Source of the DNA: Mobula hypostoma
Lineage: Eukaryota
Assembly (NCBI RefSeq): GCF_963921235.1
Contig: NC_086097.1
Span: 64,854,001 to 64,918,000 of the forward strand
Direction of reading: 5' to 3'
DNA: 64,000 nt
The notes below the pieces were generated by a model. The model saw only the letters and a list, made by a program, of their open reading frames with translations, had not been told where the DNA came from and ran no database searches. The position numbers were made by a program, and so were the translations under genes. Each line of letters starts with the position of its first letter. Within the stretch, counting starts at the first letter, position 1. Positions 1-11,946 of this stretch are shown one piece after another.

Positions 1-18
1 ATCTGGATCATCCTGGGC

Positions 19-366
19 TGTCACATGCCAGCCATAGGCGGTGGGTTCCTGTCAGGCTTGCACAGACAGGCATCTCCCAGTCTCCACCCAGCTAACAGGA
101 GGCCCCTGCCACTCATTTCCAACTCGTCACCTGCAGCCTATTTAGACCCAGCACTCATCCACAACCTTGTTCACCCATTTAACCAGCCAGCCTCAACTAA
201 TTGCTCCTAGCCTTCAGTTACCTTGTTGCCTTGTCATATTAAATATCTTTTCTCTCTTGTTTTGTGGCCCTCGCTTGTTATTTTGCAGTATATTAAAGTT
301 ATTGCTCACCAGTAGATCGTCCTTGCTGCTCTGCGTTTAGGTCAAGCCTCTATATTTCCTGATACA
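19..366 (+). mobile_element. Probable solo LTR (Gypsy-like)
   Basis: Starts TGTCAC and ends TGATACA. Internal TATA-like TATTTA, ATTAAA poly(A)-like signal and CTGCGTTTAGGTC near the end. No TSD found. Confidence 0.4.
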
Positions 367-476
367 CCTATCTTGGTGTCATCCACATATTTGCTGATCT
401 ACTTTACCTTAATATCATCCAGATAATTGAAGAAGATGGCAAATAACAATGTACCTGGCATTATTCCCTGTGGCCT
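367..476 (-). mobile_element. CR1 LINE RT fragment (decayed)
   Basis: Visible similarity to the CR1 PQGS..FADD region at 62060-62172. Confidence 0.6.
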
Positions 477-620
477 ATATCTTTCATTCCTTCTTTATTA
501 TTCTCTTCAAAACCTGCCATCTTGTCGCATTTGATCACCTGTCCTAATTTGGCTTGGTGTCACTTTTGATTAGATATAATGCTCCTGTGAAGTTCCACAG
601 GGGCTGTGTTCCAGTAAAGT

Positions 621-698
621 GGGGTTTCCATACTGGGGTCCATGGACCTCTTGGTTAATGGTAGGGATCCATGGCATGATAAAGTTTGGGAACTCCTG
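621..698. mobile_element. Possible short hAT-type MITE
   Basis: Imperfect terminal inverted repeats GGGGTTTCCA / TGGGAACTCCTG and an internal GGTCCATGGACC palindrome. Confidence 0.3.
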
Positions 699-1514
699 GA
701 ATAAAGCGTCTACACAGAAGGAAATTATTGATGAAATGCAGTTCTTTTAGTTTGTCCTTGCCCTGGAATTTGGTTCACTTTGAGCTAGAAAAAAATTATA
801 CTATACCTCCCTGCCATTTTAAGGCATACAGTTGGAATCCAATCTCTCATGTCTGAATCACAATGTATAATTTGTTATCAAATCCATATTTGCATGTTTC
901 TCCGGACTACAAATTTTAGTTGCCAATCTTGTTCTACACGAGAAGTGTAACTACTAGTCCACTCAGAAAGACATTTCTAAATAGCATAATGTTTATTAGT
1001 TTTGAAGAACCGTAAGTTCAGTTCATACTTTCTCAGCTAAGGGCAGATAATGTGGGTGTAATGTTGAAAGCTTTTAGTAGCAGGTTAGTTAATGAGCATC
1101 CTACTGTCACAAATAAATGATAGAGAACTTGAATTCCAACCTACTCTAATCCATCTTCTCTGGAGTTAGTACGTTGGAAAAGTTGTTTCTTTAATTTTAT
1201 TAAGGAGCAATGGAACAATATAAGCAGAAAAGCAATGCAATAAAAAGTGCATTGGATAGTACTCTAACCTTGTCAGCGACCGATAATCTTTGGATAGGCC
1301 TTTTACTTATAGAGATCAGCAATGGTTTTCTTTGGAAATCTTAGTAGATGATGCAACATTTATTTTTGGTTTAGTAAATATCAAAGTTCTACTAAGAAGT
1401 ATTTTGAACTGAATCCCAGCCTACATCTCACCAGGTTTTGTATCAGTTTCATTGACATGAAGACTTGTAGTTGTAGATAACAAAAAAGTTATCCAAAGAA
1501 ACGGCAGACATAAA

Positions 1515-2140
1515 TCAGTTGGACAGCTGGGTGGTGTAGTGGCAAATGAAGTTTCATCCAGACAAATGCAAGGTCATACGCTTTAGGTGGTCAAATTCTA
1601 GTAGCGCATATAGATGAAATGGCAGGGTCTTAGGAATACTGATGAACGGAGAATCTTTGGGTTCAGGTCCATAGCTCTCTGAATGTGGTGACACGGGTGA
1701 ATGGGGTACTGAAAAAGGCATTAAGTCTGCTTGCTTTCATAAACTGAGGCATGAGTATAAAAAATGTGGTGTCAAGTTACAGTGATACAAGACCACACTT
1801 AGATGAATCTTGGGTGCAATAGAGTGTAGAAGAGATTCACCAGGATGCTGCTCAGAGTGGGGGTCCGCATTTATAAGGATAGGCTGTGTTTCTTCCCGCT
1901 GGAATGTAGGAGGCTGAGGGATGAATTTATGAAGGGTATAGATAGAATAAATAACCCGAGTCCTTTTTCCTGAGGAGGAGGGCGTAGAACTAGAGAGTTT
2001 ATGGAGGAACAAACTGTTAGAGGAGGTGGCAGAGACAATTTACAACATGTAAAAGGCATTTGGACGGATGCTTGGATAGGAAAGACATAAAGAGATATGG
2101 GTTTAAAGCAGGCCAATGGGAGAGGCTTCACAGTTGGCAC
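1515..2140 (+). mobile_element. CR1 LINE 3' fragment (decayed)
   Basis: Remnants of WQMxFNxDKC and RRFTRML coding; resembles 61170-62000. Confidence 0.75.
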
Positions 2141-3334
2141 GGAATGTTTTTATGCTTCTTCGATAGTCTGACATGCCTCTCCCGTTACCTTTGGGTTGCC
2201 TTGTCCTTAAATTCACTGGAGAGTGAGACTATCACAGTCACTGTGACGATGTGGGAGTGGAGGAAATGCTCTATAGCTGCTGGGGCCTGCTTTTCTTCAC
2301 TGCCATAAACAATAAGAACAAGATGATCCATATCTGGTGCTGGAGCACTGATCGGGGGAGCAACCAACAGCTCTGAACACAAGTCCAACAAATATAAATA
2401 TTACTGGTTTCCCTTTTGACTAATCAAACAGAATAAACGGTTCCATCCTTCAGCTTCAGTTTCGTCTCAATCCTCCGAGTCAGATTGTTTAGAATGATAC
2501 AGCTCACTAATTATTGTCACTCTCAATAAAGCACATGACATACATCTCCAATTGCAATATGAGATGTGATTGAATCTCCTGAATTTGATGACCAATTGAA
2601 TGATTTGCTGGTAGGAATTCTTGGGGCCATATGGTAAAGAACCTTCCAACAGCTGTATAAACAGTCACAGACAAAAGATGCAGTACAGTTTTAAAAAGCA
2701 AACAGAAAGGTTCCAACAAGATTCAGTAACTTTCCTTTGCCGAACAAGACTACAACAATGCACACATAATCAGTTGCTAAGAGATAACATTAATAGTAAT
2801 AATGTTTAACAACAAAGACCTGACTAAAAGGAACAAGCCTTAATTTTATGTAGGTGTTAAACTGACAGAATCCTGCTAAAGACTGTTGTTTGCATTATAA
2901 GAGAATACCTTTCACTAACATTGTAGGCTGTAATGAGCCCTCTGCACTGTCCATGTGCAAGCTTGAGTGCTTAAAGCCTTTCAAATATTTTGGTATGCTA
3001 TGTGATCTAGGCACCTAGAGACCATGGGTGGTATGGCAAATAGGACCACGACTGAGCACCTGTCATAAAATAACAGTTTGGTGACTTCCAATTGCACTGG
3101 TAGCTCCACAAAGTGTATTTGGTCATGAAAAAGTTGAACTCAGGTTTGATTTTTTTCTTATCATTCAATTTGTTTTTCATTTATGCCATTATATTTCAAC
3201 AGCAGATTAAAAATCAGTCCCCAAAACAAAACAAGTTATTCTAGTAAATCATTTCCACAGCAATAATAATGCAAAGAAGTTTTTTGCCATATTATTTTCA
3301 AACATGTTGCTAGCTCTTAGCTCTCTGATTTTAG

Positions 3335-4025
3335 TTTATGGAGGGGTATAAACAGTTGACATTATGGGCCAACTCATCAGGACTGAAAAGGAAGAGGAAA
3401 CAAAGCAGAATAAGAAGGTTGGAGAGGGGAAGGAGGATAAGCTGGTAAGTGATAGGTGAAGTCAGGTGAGGGGGAAGGCCAGTGTCTGGAGGATTGGGGG
3501 ATGAAGTGAGAGGCTGGGAGGTGATAGATAGATGAGGTAACGGCCGAAGAAGAAGGAATCTAATAGGAGAGGAGGTGATAAGAGAAAAGGAAGACCATAA
3601 GACCATGAGATTTAGGAGCAGAAGTAGGCAATTCAGCCCATCAAGTCTGCTCCGCCATTCAATCATGGGCTGATCCACTTCATCCAGTCATCTCCACTCC
3701 CCTGCTTTCACCCCATACCCTTTGATGCCCTGGCTAATCAAGAACCTATCTATCTCTGCCTTAAATACACCCAATGACTTGGCCTTCACAGCCGCTCGTG
3801 GCAACAGCCACTCGTGGAAGGAAGAGGGGCAGCAGAGGAAGGTGATGGGCAGGTGAGGAGTAGGGAAGGGAATAAACCAGAATAAGAAGGATCCTGTTGA
3901 AAGGATGCAGCCTGAACGCTGACCTTTTATTTCTTCCATAAATGCTGCCTGACCGGCTGAGCTCCTCCAGTATTCTCCAGTAATCCAGTTGCTCTGGATT
4001 TCCAGCGTCTGCAGAATCCCTTACG
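3335..4025. mobile_element. Non-coding Penelope-terminus-derived element with inverted, degenerate hammerhead-bearing ends
   Basis: Left end (minus) agtcCTGATGA..cccataatGTCaact; right end (plus) cctgttgaaagg..cctgaacgctgac followed by the atgctgcctgacc..gagctcctccag tail; purine-rich body. Confidence 0.55.
3592..3810 (-). mobile_element. CR1 LINE 3' end
   Basis: (gaccataa)n tail; encodes SLGVFKAEIDRFLISQGIKGYG, matching 11850-12038. Confidence 0.85.
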
Positions 4026-4124
4026 TTTATCATTTACGTTATTTTTCCCCACAAGTAATACAAGGTTTTCTTTTCTCTGCCACTTACCATATAGTGAAAA
4101 TAAATGCATGCCTTCTAAGTGTAA

Positions 4125-4556
4125 TAGTCATAGTCATAGTCATACTTTATTGATCCCGGGGGAAATTGGTTTTCATTACAGTTGCACCATAAATAATAAA
4201 TAGTAATAGAACCATAAATAGTTAAATAGTAATATGTAAATTATGCCAGGAAATAAGTCCAGGACCAGCCTATTGACTCAGGGTGTCTGACCCTCCAAGG
4301 GGGAAGTTGTAAAGTTTGATGGCCACAGGCAGGAATGACTTCCTATGACGCTCAGTGCTGCATCTCGGTGGAATGAGTCTCTGGCTGAATGTACTCCTGT
4401 GCCCACCCAGTACATTATGTAGTGAATGGGAGACATTGACCAAGATGGCATGCAACTTAGACAGCACCCTCTTTTCAGACACCACCGTCAGAGAGTCCAG
4501 TTCCATCCCCACAACATCACTGGCCTTACGAATGAGTTTGTTGATTCTGTTGGTGT
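4125..4556 (-). mobile_element. Rex1/Babar LINE 3' fragment
   Basis: (TAGTCA)n tail; near-identical to 27914-28350; encodes NRINKLIRKAS..HxLH..STERHRKSFLPVAIKLYN. Confidence 0.85.
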
Positions 4557-6017
4557 TTAATGTAGCAACTATAAACTTTTTACACCTTACAGCCTTCATT
4601 AACCATCTCATTCAGAGATGTCTGTTAGGTTAATTATTTACCTTATTGTTTATTAAAGCATATAGGACTGAGATTTTTAAGGGATTAAGTATTTCATTCA
4701 TAGTCACATATATATATAAAGTACCGAATCTGAAAAGGCATTGTGTAACAGTGGTTTCCGGGTCTTCAGACTCCACTTCCTTATCCCTATATTTCTAAAG
4801 TTTTCTTTTTTAAATACAGCACAAACCAGTGCATCTCAGATCATGCAATGAAGATGGAAGCAATGATTCTGCTTCCAGAGTTGCTCAGCCCTCTGTAATT
4901 GACAGTTCACCCATTGTTTCTATAAACTTACGGGATTTAAAAGCAGTCCAAATCTCTTAAAGAATTTCCACCTTTGATAAAAGAGCAACCACAATGTCCA
5001 CAGTGGCCTCCTGGTTTCTTGAACTCCACCACAAATGTAATCAGTAAGATGTACAGCATCCTGCCAAATAATCTGGCCAACATGCAATTGCAGAGATGTT
5101 CACACACTTTGAAAGAATATACGAGAAGAAGCTAACATCACAAATAAAATAAAATTCAGTGACCTAGCCAGAGATATTAAGGTTAGGTTCCAATTCACAG
5201 ATCTCTTATGGTTCAGGAGGTTCTGCACCACATTCACAGCCTAACTCTAATAGGTCTGGTCACCTCATCTTTCATCTCTCTTGTAATAATAGCACCAGAC
5301 AACAATGTTTACTGCTTATATAACTGAAAATGATTTTAGGACTCCTTTCATGTTACCAGCTCAAGAAGTACAACAATTTTTCTGTCTTTTATCCATTTTC
5401 CAAGACACAACCAGTACAAATGTTCACCCGCATACTCCCCTGTAAACCATTCAGAACTGCGCAATTCATTCCATAATGTCTTTTCTTATTCTTGATGTCA
5501 AAGTGCATCACGCTTCACTATGTTTAATTTCATCCATCACTTTTCTACCTATTCAGCCAGCCCATTTAGGTCTTTTTGCAACTTCTACAAGTCTCCTCAC
5601 TATCTAGGACATTACTGTATTTTGTCCAATTTACAAATTTGGAAACTTTTCCTTGCAACCACCCCACACATCCCCGCCCCGTGACTGAATCATTAATATC
5701 TATTTTTTAAAAGTCTTCCCACCACTGAGGAAGACAGCATTTTCTACCATAACCCAATAAGAAAAACAACCATTTAGTTCAAAGTTCAAAGTAAATTTAT
5801 GATAAAAGTACATATTTGTTATCATATTCTACCTTGGGATTCATTTTCTTGCAGGCATTTACAGAAAAAAATAAATACAATTGAATTTATGAAAATCTAG
5901 ACTGACAAACAACTCTAATATGCAAAAGAAGGCAAACTGTGTAAATAAATAATATTGAGAACATGAGTTGTAAAGAGTCCTTCAAAGTGTGCTTAGGCAT
6001 AGAATCAGTTCAGAGTA

Positions 6018-6507
6018 AGGCCATGAGACATGGGAGCAGAAATAGACCATTCTACCCATTGAGTCTGTTCCGTTATTCCATCATGGCTGATTTATTATCC
6101 CTTTCAACCCCATTCTCCTGCCTTCTCCCCATAGCTTTTGACACCCTTACTAATCAAGAATCTATCAACCTTTACCTTAAGTACACCCTGTAACTTGGCC
6201 TCCACAGCTGTCTGTAGCAATGAATTCCACAGGTTCACCACCATCTGGCTAAAATAAATTTCTCCTCCTCTCTGTTCTAAAGGGAAGTCCTAGACTCCCT
6301 CACGATAGGAAACATCCTCTCCATGTCCACTATCGAGGCTATTCAATATTCAAAATTTCAATGAGATCCCTCCTCATCCTTCTGAACTCAAGTGAGTACA
6401 GGCCCAGAGCCATCAAACACGCTTCATATGTTGACCCTTTCATTCCAGGGATCATGGCATTGCTAGCCCAGCCTTTCATAGACAAGTGGCCCAAAAATGC
6501 CTATAAT
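6018..6507 (-). mobile_element. Older CR1 3' fragment (continues at about 12040-12100); target of the full-length CR1 insertion
   Basis: CR1 3' UTR and C-terminal similarity; sequence resumes after the TSD at 12040. Confidence 0.75.
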
Positions 6508-6894
6508 TGGATCGGGACAAGAAGAGCGGCGTGAGAGCTGAATTCTGAAGGAAGGCAGTTTTTTTAAAAACATCTTCAAGTGCAAGAAGGACGAGACTGC
6601 ACAGGCGCGTGACGTAGACAGGACAGCACGGAGAGTTTAAAAAGGAGACCACCCTATATGGCGGGCAGCGGAGTGAGTAGTAGCAGAGCGTAGGGCTTTG
6701 GCTCAACAGGAAGAGGCGAGAGAGAGGCACCAAATCTTTTTTCCTCTTGGCGAATCGGCCCGGACAGACAGAGGAAGAGCAGGGCTCACACAGCTAACGG
6801 TACGAGCTAACGGTTTAAAAAGTTTGTGTGTTCGGTGAGGTAAGTGAGTGAGTAGACTTATTTTTCCTGTTTCATTCCTGTAGAATTAGGTAGC

Positions 6895-7827
6895 ATGCCT
6901 GCAGGGTTAGTGCTTTGTTCAGGGTGTCAGATGTGGGAATCCTGGGAGACCTCCAGCCTCCCTGATGGCCACATCTGCGCCAGGTGCTCCGAGTTGCAGC
7001 TCCTCAGAGACTGTGTTAGGGATCTGGAGCTGCAGCTTGATGACCTACTGCTGATCAGGGAAAGTGAAGAGGTGATAGACAGGAGCTACAGGGAGGCAGT
7101 CATCCCTAGGCTACAGGGGTCAGAAAACTGGGTGACTGTCAGGAGAGGGAAGGGAAATGCCCGGATAGTGGAGAGTACCCCTGTGTGCCCCCCTCAGCAA
7201 CAAATATCTTATTCTGGATGTTGTTGAGGGGGATGACCTGACAGGGGATGCCCACGGTGACCGGGTCTCTGGCACTGAGCCTGGCGCTGTTGTGCAGGAG
7301 GGAAGGAGGGAGAAGAGGAATGCAGTAGTCATAGGGGATTCCATAGTCAGGAGAACAGACAGGAAATTCTGTGAGCCTGATAGAGATACCCGCATGGTGT
7401 GTTGCCTCCCAGGTGCCAGGGTACGGGATGTCTCGGATCAGGTCCAGAATATTCTGAAGGAAGAGGGCGAGCAGCCAGTTGTCTTGGTACAAGTTGGTAC
7501 TAATGACATAGATAGGAAAAGGGAGGAGGTCCTGAAGAGAGATTTCCAGGAGTCAAGAAGGAAGCTGAGCGCAGGACCTCCAGGGTAGTAATCTCGGTAT
7601 TGCTACCTGTGCCACGTGCTAGCGAGGGCAAGAATAGTAGGATCAGGCAGATGAATGCATGGCTGAGAGACTGGTGCAGGGGGCAGGGCTTCAGATTCTT
7701 GTATAATTGGGATCTCTTCTGGGAGAAGTATGACCTGTTCAAAAAGGATGGGTTACACCTGAACCCAAAGGGGACCAATATCCTGGCGGGAAGGTTTAAT
7801 AGAGCTGTTAGGAAGAGTTTAAACTAA
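6895..7827 (+). pseudogene. CR1 ORF1: zinc finger/coiled-coil + SGNH/GDSL esterase domain, frameshifted
   Basis: CSGC..CARC, heptad leucines, VIGDSIVR, VCCLPGA, VQVGTND, DGLHLN split over three frames. Confidence 0.88.
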
Positions 7828-8019
7828 TTTGCCAGGGGGATGGGAAGCGGAATGATAGAGCGGAGGAAGGGGAAAACAGAAATAAATCCAAGATAGTGAG
7901 CAGTAAAGATGTCAGGAAGGACAGGCAGGTGATGGGGCCAATTTGCAGCCATTGGGATGAGTTGTAGTGCAATAAGGTTGCAGTTCAGTCAGAGCAAAAA
8001 ATACCAAATACTGGTCTTT

Positions 8020-9333
8020 AAAAACACAAACACGAGAAATTCTGCAGATGTTGGAAATTCAAGCAACACGCATCAAAGTTGTTGGCAGCAGGCCAGGCAG
8101 CATCTCCAGGAAGAGGTACAGTCGACGTTTCAGGCCGAGACCCTTCGTCAGGACGAACTGAAAGAAGAGCCAGTAAGAGATTTGAAAGTGGGAGGGGGAG
8201 GGGGAGATTCAAAATGATAGGAGAAGACGGGAGGGGGAGGGATGGAGCCAAGAGCTGGACAGTTGATTGGCGAAAGGGATATGAGAGGATCATGGGACAG
8301 GAGGCCCAGGGAGAAAGAAAAGGGGGAGGGGGGGAAACCCAGAGGACGGGCAAGGGGTATAGTGAGAGGGACAGAGGGAGAAAAACGAGAGAGAAAGAAT
8401 GTGTGTATATAAATAAATAAATAACGGATGGGGTATGAAGGGGAGGTGGGGCATTAACGGAAGTTTGAAAAGTCAATGTTCATGCCATCAGATTGGAGGC
8501 TACCCAGACGGAATATAAGGTGTTGTTCCTCCAACCTGAGTGTGGCTTCATCTTTACAGTAGAAGAGGCCGTGGATAGACATATCAGAATGGGAATGGGA
8601 CGTGGAATTAAAATGTGTGGCCACTGGGAGATCCCGCTTTCTCTGGCGGACAGAGTGTAGGTGTTCAGCGAAGCGATCTCCCAGTCTGTGTCAGGTCTCA
8701 CCAATATATAGAAGGCCACATTGGGAGTACCGGACGCAGTATATCACCCCAGCCAACTCACGGGTGAAGTGTCGCCTCACCTGGAAGGACTGTCTGGGGC
8801 CCTGAATGGTGGTAGGGGAGCAAGTGTAAGGGCATGTGTAGCACTTGTTCTGCTTACAAGGATAAGTGCCAGGAGGGAGATCGGTGGGGAGGGATGGGGG
8901 GGACGAATAGACAAGGGAGTCGCGTAGGGAGCAATCCCTGCGGAAAGCAGGGGGGGGGGAGGGAAAGATGTGTCCGCTTTCCGCCTCTGTCTCCGCCGCA
9001 TCTGATCTCAGGATGAGTCTTTTCATTCCAGGACAAGGGAAATGTCCTCCTTTTTTAAAGAAAGGGGTTTCCCTTCCTCCAACATCAACTCTGCTCTCAA
9101 ACGCATCTCCCCCATTTCACACACATCTACTCTCACTCCATCCTCCCGCCACCCCTCTAGAAATAGGGTTCCCCCGTCCTCACCTACCACCCCAGCAACC
9201 TCCGGGTCCAACATATTATTCTCCAACATATTCTTACGCCACCTCCAACGGGATCCCACCACTAAGCACATCTTTCCCTACCCCCCGCACTCTGCTTTCC
9301 ACAGGGATCGCTCCCCACGAGATTCCCTTGTCC
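8020..9333. mobile_element. Penelope-like element fragment with internal inversion (8020-8972 minus, about 8984-9333 plus)
   Basis: GIY-YIG coding (VIYCVR..LLYIGET) on minus; MSSFFKERGFP..LQRDPTTKHIF on plus; near-identical to 50812-52523. Confidence 0.9.
8120..8154 (-). ncRNA. Minimal type I hammerhead ribozyme motif
   Basis: gtc-CTGACGA-agggtctcggcct-GAAAC-GTC-gact on the minus strand: intact core boxes, stems I and II. Confidence 0.8.
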
Positions 9334-9334
9334 T

Positions 9335-11946
9335 TGGCGTGGCTTTATTGGTAAGAAATGATACTAAATCATTAGAAAGAGGTGACATACAATTGGAAGG
9401 TGCAGAATCTTTATGGGTTGAGCTGAGAAATCGCAGTGGTAAAAGGACCCTGGTGGCAGTTATATACAGGCATCCTAACAGCTGCAGTGATGTAGGCTAC
9501 TAATTACAACAGGAAATAGAAAAGGCTTGTCAGAAGGGCAGTGTTATGATAATTGTGGGGAATTTTAACATGCGAGTGTATTGGGAAAATCGGGTCGGCA
9601 CTGGATCTCAAGAGAGAGAATTTGTCGAATGTCTGCGAGATGGCTTTTTAGAACAGCTTGTTGTTGAGCCCACTAGGGGATCGGCTGTACTGGATTGGGT
9701 ATTGTGTAATGAACCGGAGGTGATTAGAGAGATTGAGGTGAAGGAACCCTTGGGAGGCAGTGATCATAACATGACTGAGTTCACTGTGAAACTTGAGAAA
9801 GAGAAGCCAAAATCCGATGTGTCAGTATTTCAGTGGAGTAAAGGAAATTACAGTGGCATGAGAGAGGAACTGGCCAAAGTTGACTGGAAAGGGACACTAG
9901 CAGGAAGGACGGCAGAACAGCAGTGGCTGGAGTTTATGTGAGAAGTGAGGAAGGTGCAAGACAGATATATTCCAAAAAAGAAGAAATTTTCGAATGGAAA
10001 AAGGATGCAACCGTGGTTGACAAGAGGAGTCAAAGCCAAAGTTAAAGCAAAGGAGAGGGCATACAAGGAAGCAAAAATTAGTGGGAAGAAAGAGGATTGG
10101 GAAGTTATTAAAAGCTTACAAAAGGAAACTAAGGAGGTCATTAAGAGGGAAAAGATAAACTATGAAAAGAAGCTAGCAAATAATATCAAAGAGGATACTA
10201 AAAGCTTTTTCAACTATATAAAGAGTAAAAGACTGGAGAGAGTAGATATAGGACCGATAGAAAATGATGCTGGAGAAATTGTAATCGGAGATTAGGAGAT
10301 GGCGGAGGAACTGAATGAGTGTTTTGCATCACTCTTCACTGAGGAAGACATCAGCAGTATACCGGACACTCAAGGGTGTCAGGGAGGAGAAGTGTGCGCA
10401 GTCACAATCACAACAGAGGAAGTACTCAGGAAGCTGAATAGTCTTAGGTTAGATAAATCACCCAGACCAGATGGAATGCACCCTCATGTTCTGAAGGAAG
10501 TAGCTGTGGAGATTGCGGAGGCATTAGCGATGATCTTTCAAAAGTCAATAGATTCTGGCATGGTTCCAGAGGACTGGAAGATTGCAAATGTCACTCCGCT
10601 ATTTCAGAAGGGGGCAAGGAAGCAAAAAGGAAATTATAGACCGGTTAGTTTGACATCAGTGGTTGGGAAGTTGTTGGAGTCGATTGTCAAGGATGAGGTT
10701 ATGGAGTACCTGGAGGCATATGACAAGATAGGCAGAACTCAGCATGGTTCCCTTAAAGGAAAATCCTACTTGACAAACCTATTGCAATTTTTTGAGGAAA
10801 TTACAAGTAGGCTAGACAAGGGAGATGCAGTAGATGTTGTATATTTGGATTTTCAGAAGGCCTTTGACAAGGTGCTACACATGAGGCTGTTTAACAAGAT
10901 AAGAGCCCATGGAATTACGGGAAAATTACATACGTGGATAGAGCATTGGCTGATTTGCAGGAAACAGAGAGTGGGAATAAAGGGATTCTATTCTGGTTGG
11001 CTGCCGGTTACCAGTGGTGTTCCACAGGGGTCTGTGTTGGGGCCGCTTCTTTTTACGTTGTATGTCAACAATTTGGATTATGGAATAGATGGCTTTGTGG
11101 CTAAGTTTGCTGATAATACAAAGATAGGTGGTGGGGCCAGTAGTGCTGAGGAAACAGAGAGTCTGCAGAGAGACTTAGATAGATTGGGAGAGTGGGCAAA
11201 GAAGAGGCAAATGAAATACAATATTGGAAAGTGTATGGTTGTGCACTTTGGCAGAAGAAATAAACGGGCAGACTATTATTTAAATAGGGAGACAATTCAA
11301 AGTTCTGAGATGCAACGGGACTTGGGAGTCCTCGTGCAGGATACCCTTAAGGTTAACCTCCAGGCTGAGTCGGTGGTGAAGAAGGCGAATGCAATGTTGG
11401 CATTCATTTCTAGAGGAATAGAGTATAGGAGCAGGGATGTGATGTTGAGGCTCTATAAGGCACTGGTGAGACCTCACTTGGTGTACTGTGGGCAGTTTTG
11501 GGCTCCTTATTTATGAAAGAATGTGCTGACATTGGAGAGGGTTCAGAGAAGATTCACTGGAATGATTCTGGGAATGAGAGGGTTAACATATGAGGAACAT
11601 TTGTCCGCTCTTGGACTGTACTCCTTGGAGTTTAGAAGAATGAGGGGGGACCTCATAGAAACATTTCGAATGTTGAAAGGCATGAACAGAGTGGATGTGG
11701 CAAAATTGTTTCCCATGGTGGGAGAGTCTAGTATGAGAGGGCATGAATTAAGGATTGTAGGGCGCCCGTTCAGAATAGAGATGCGAAGAAATTTTCTTTA
11801 GCCAGAGGGTGGTGAATCTCTGGAATTTGTTACCACGGGTGGCAGTGGAGGTCAAGTCATTGGGTGTATTTAAGGCAGAGATTGATAGGTATCTGAGTAG
11901 CCAGGGCATCAAAGGTTATGGTGAGAAGGCGGGGCAGTGGGACTAA
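9335..11946 (+). pseudogene. CR1 ORF2 (APE endonuclease C-part + reverse transcriptase), with in-frame stops
   Basis: GVALLV, LGGSDHN, DWKIANVTPLF, NYRPVSLTS, YLDFQKAFD, GVPQGSVLGP, KFADNTK; stops near 9939, 10293 and 11514. Confidence 0.93.

Noticed and set aside
8079..8420. G/R/E-rich ORFs repeated at 8079, 46469 and 50800
   Set aside because: Antisense frames across the purine-rich Penelope terminal repeat; low complexity with no domain
10299..11516. 405-aa ORF as a functional reverse transcriptase gene
   Set aside because: A segment of CR1 ORF2 between in-frame stops; the catalytic FADD is mutated to FADN
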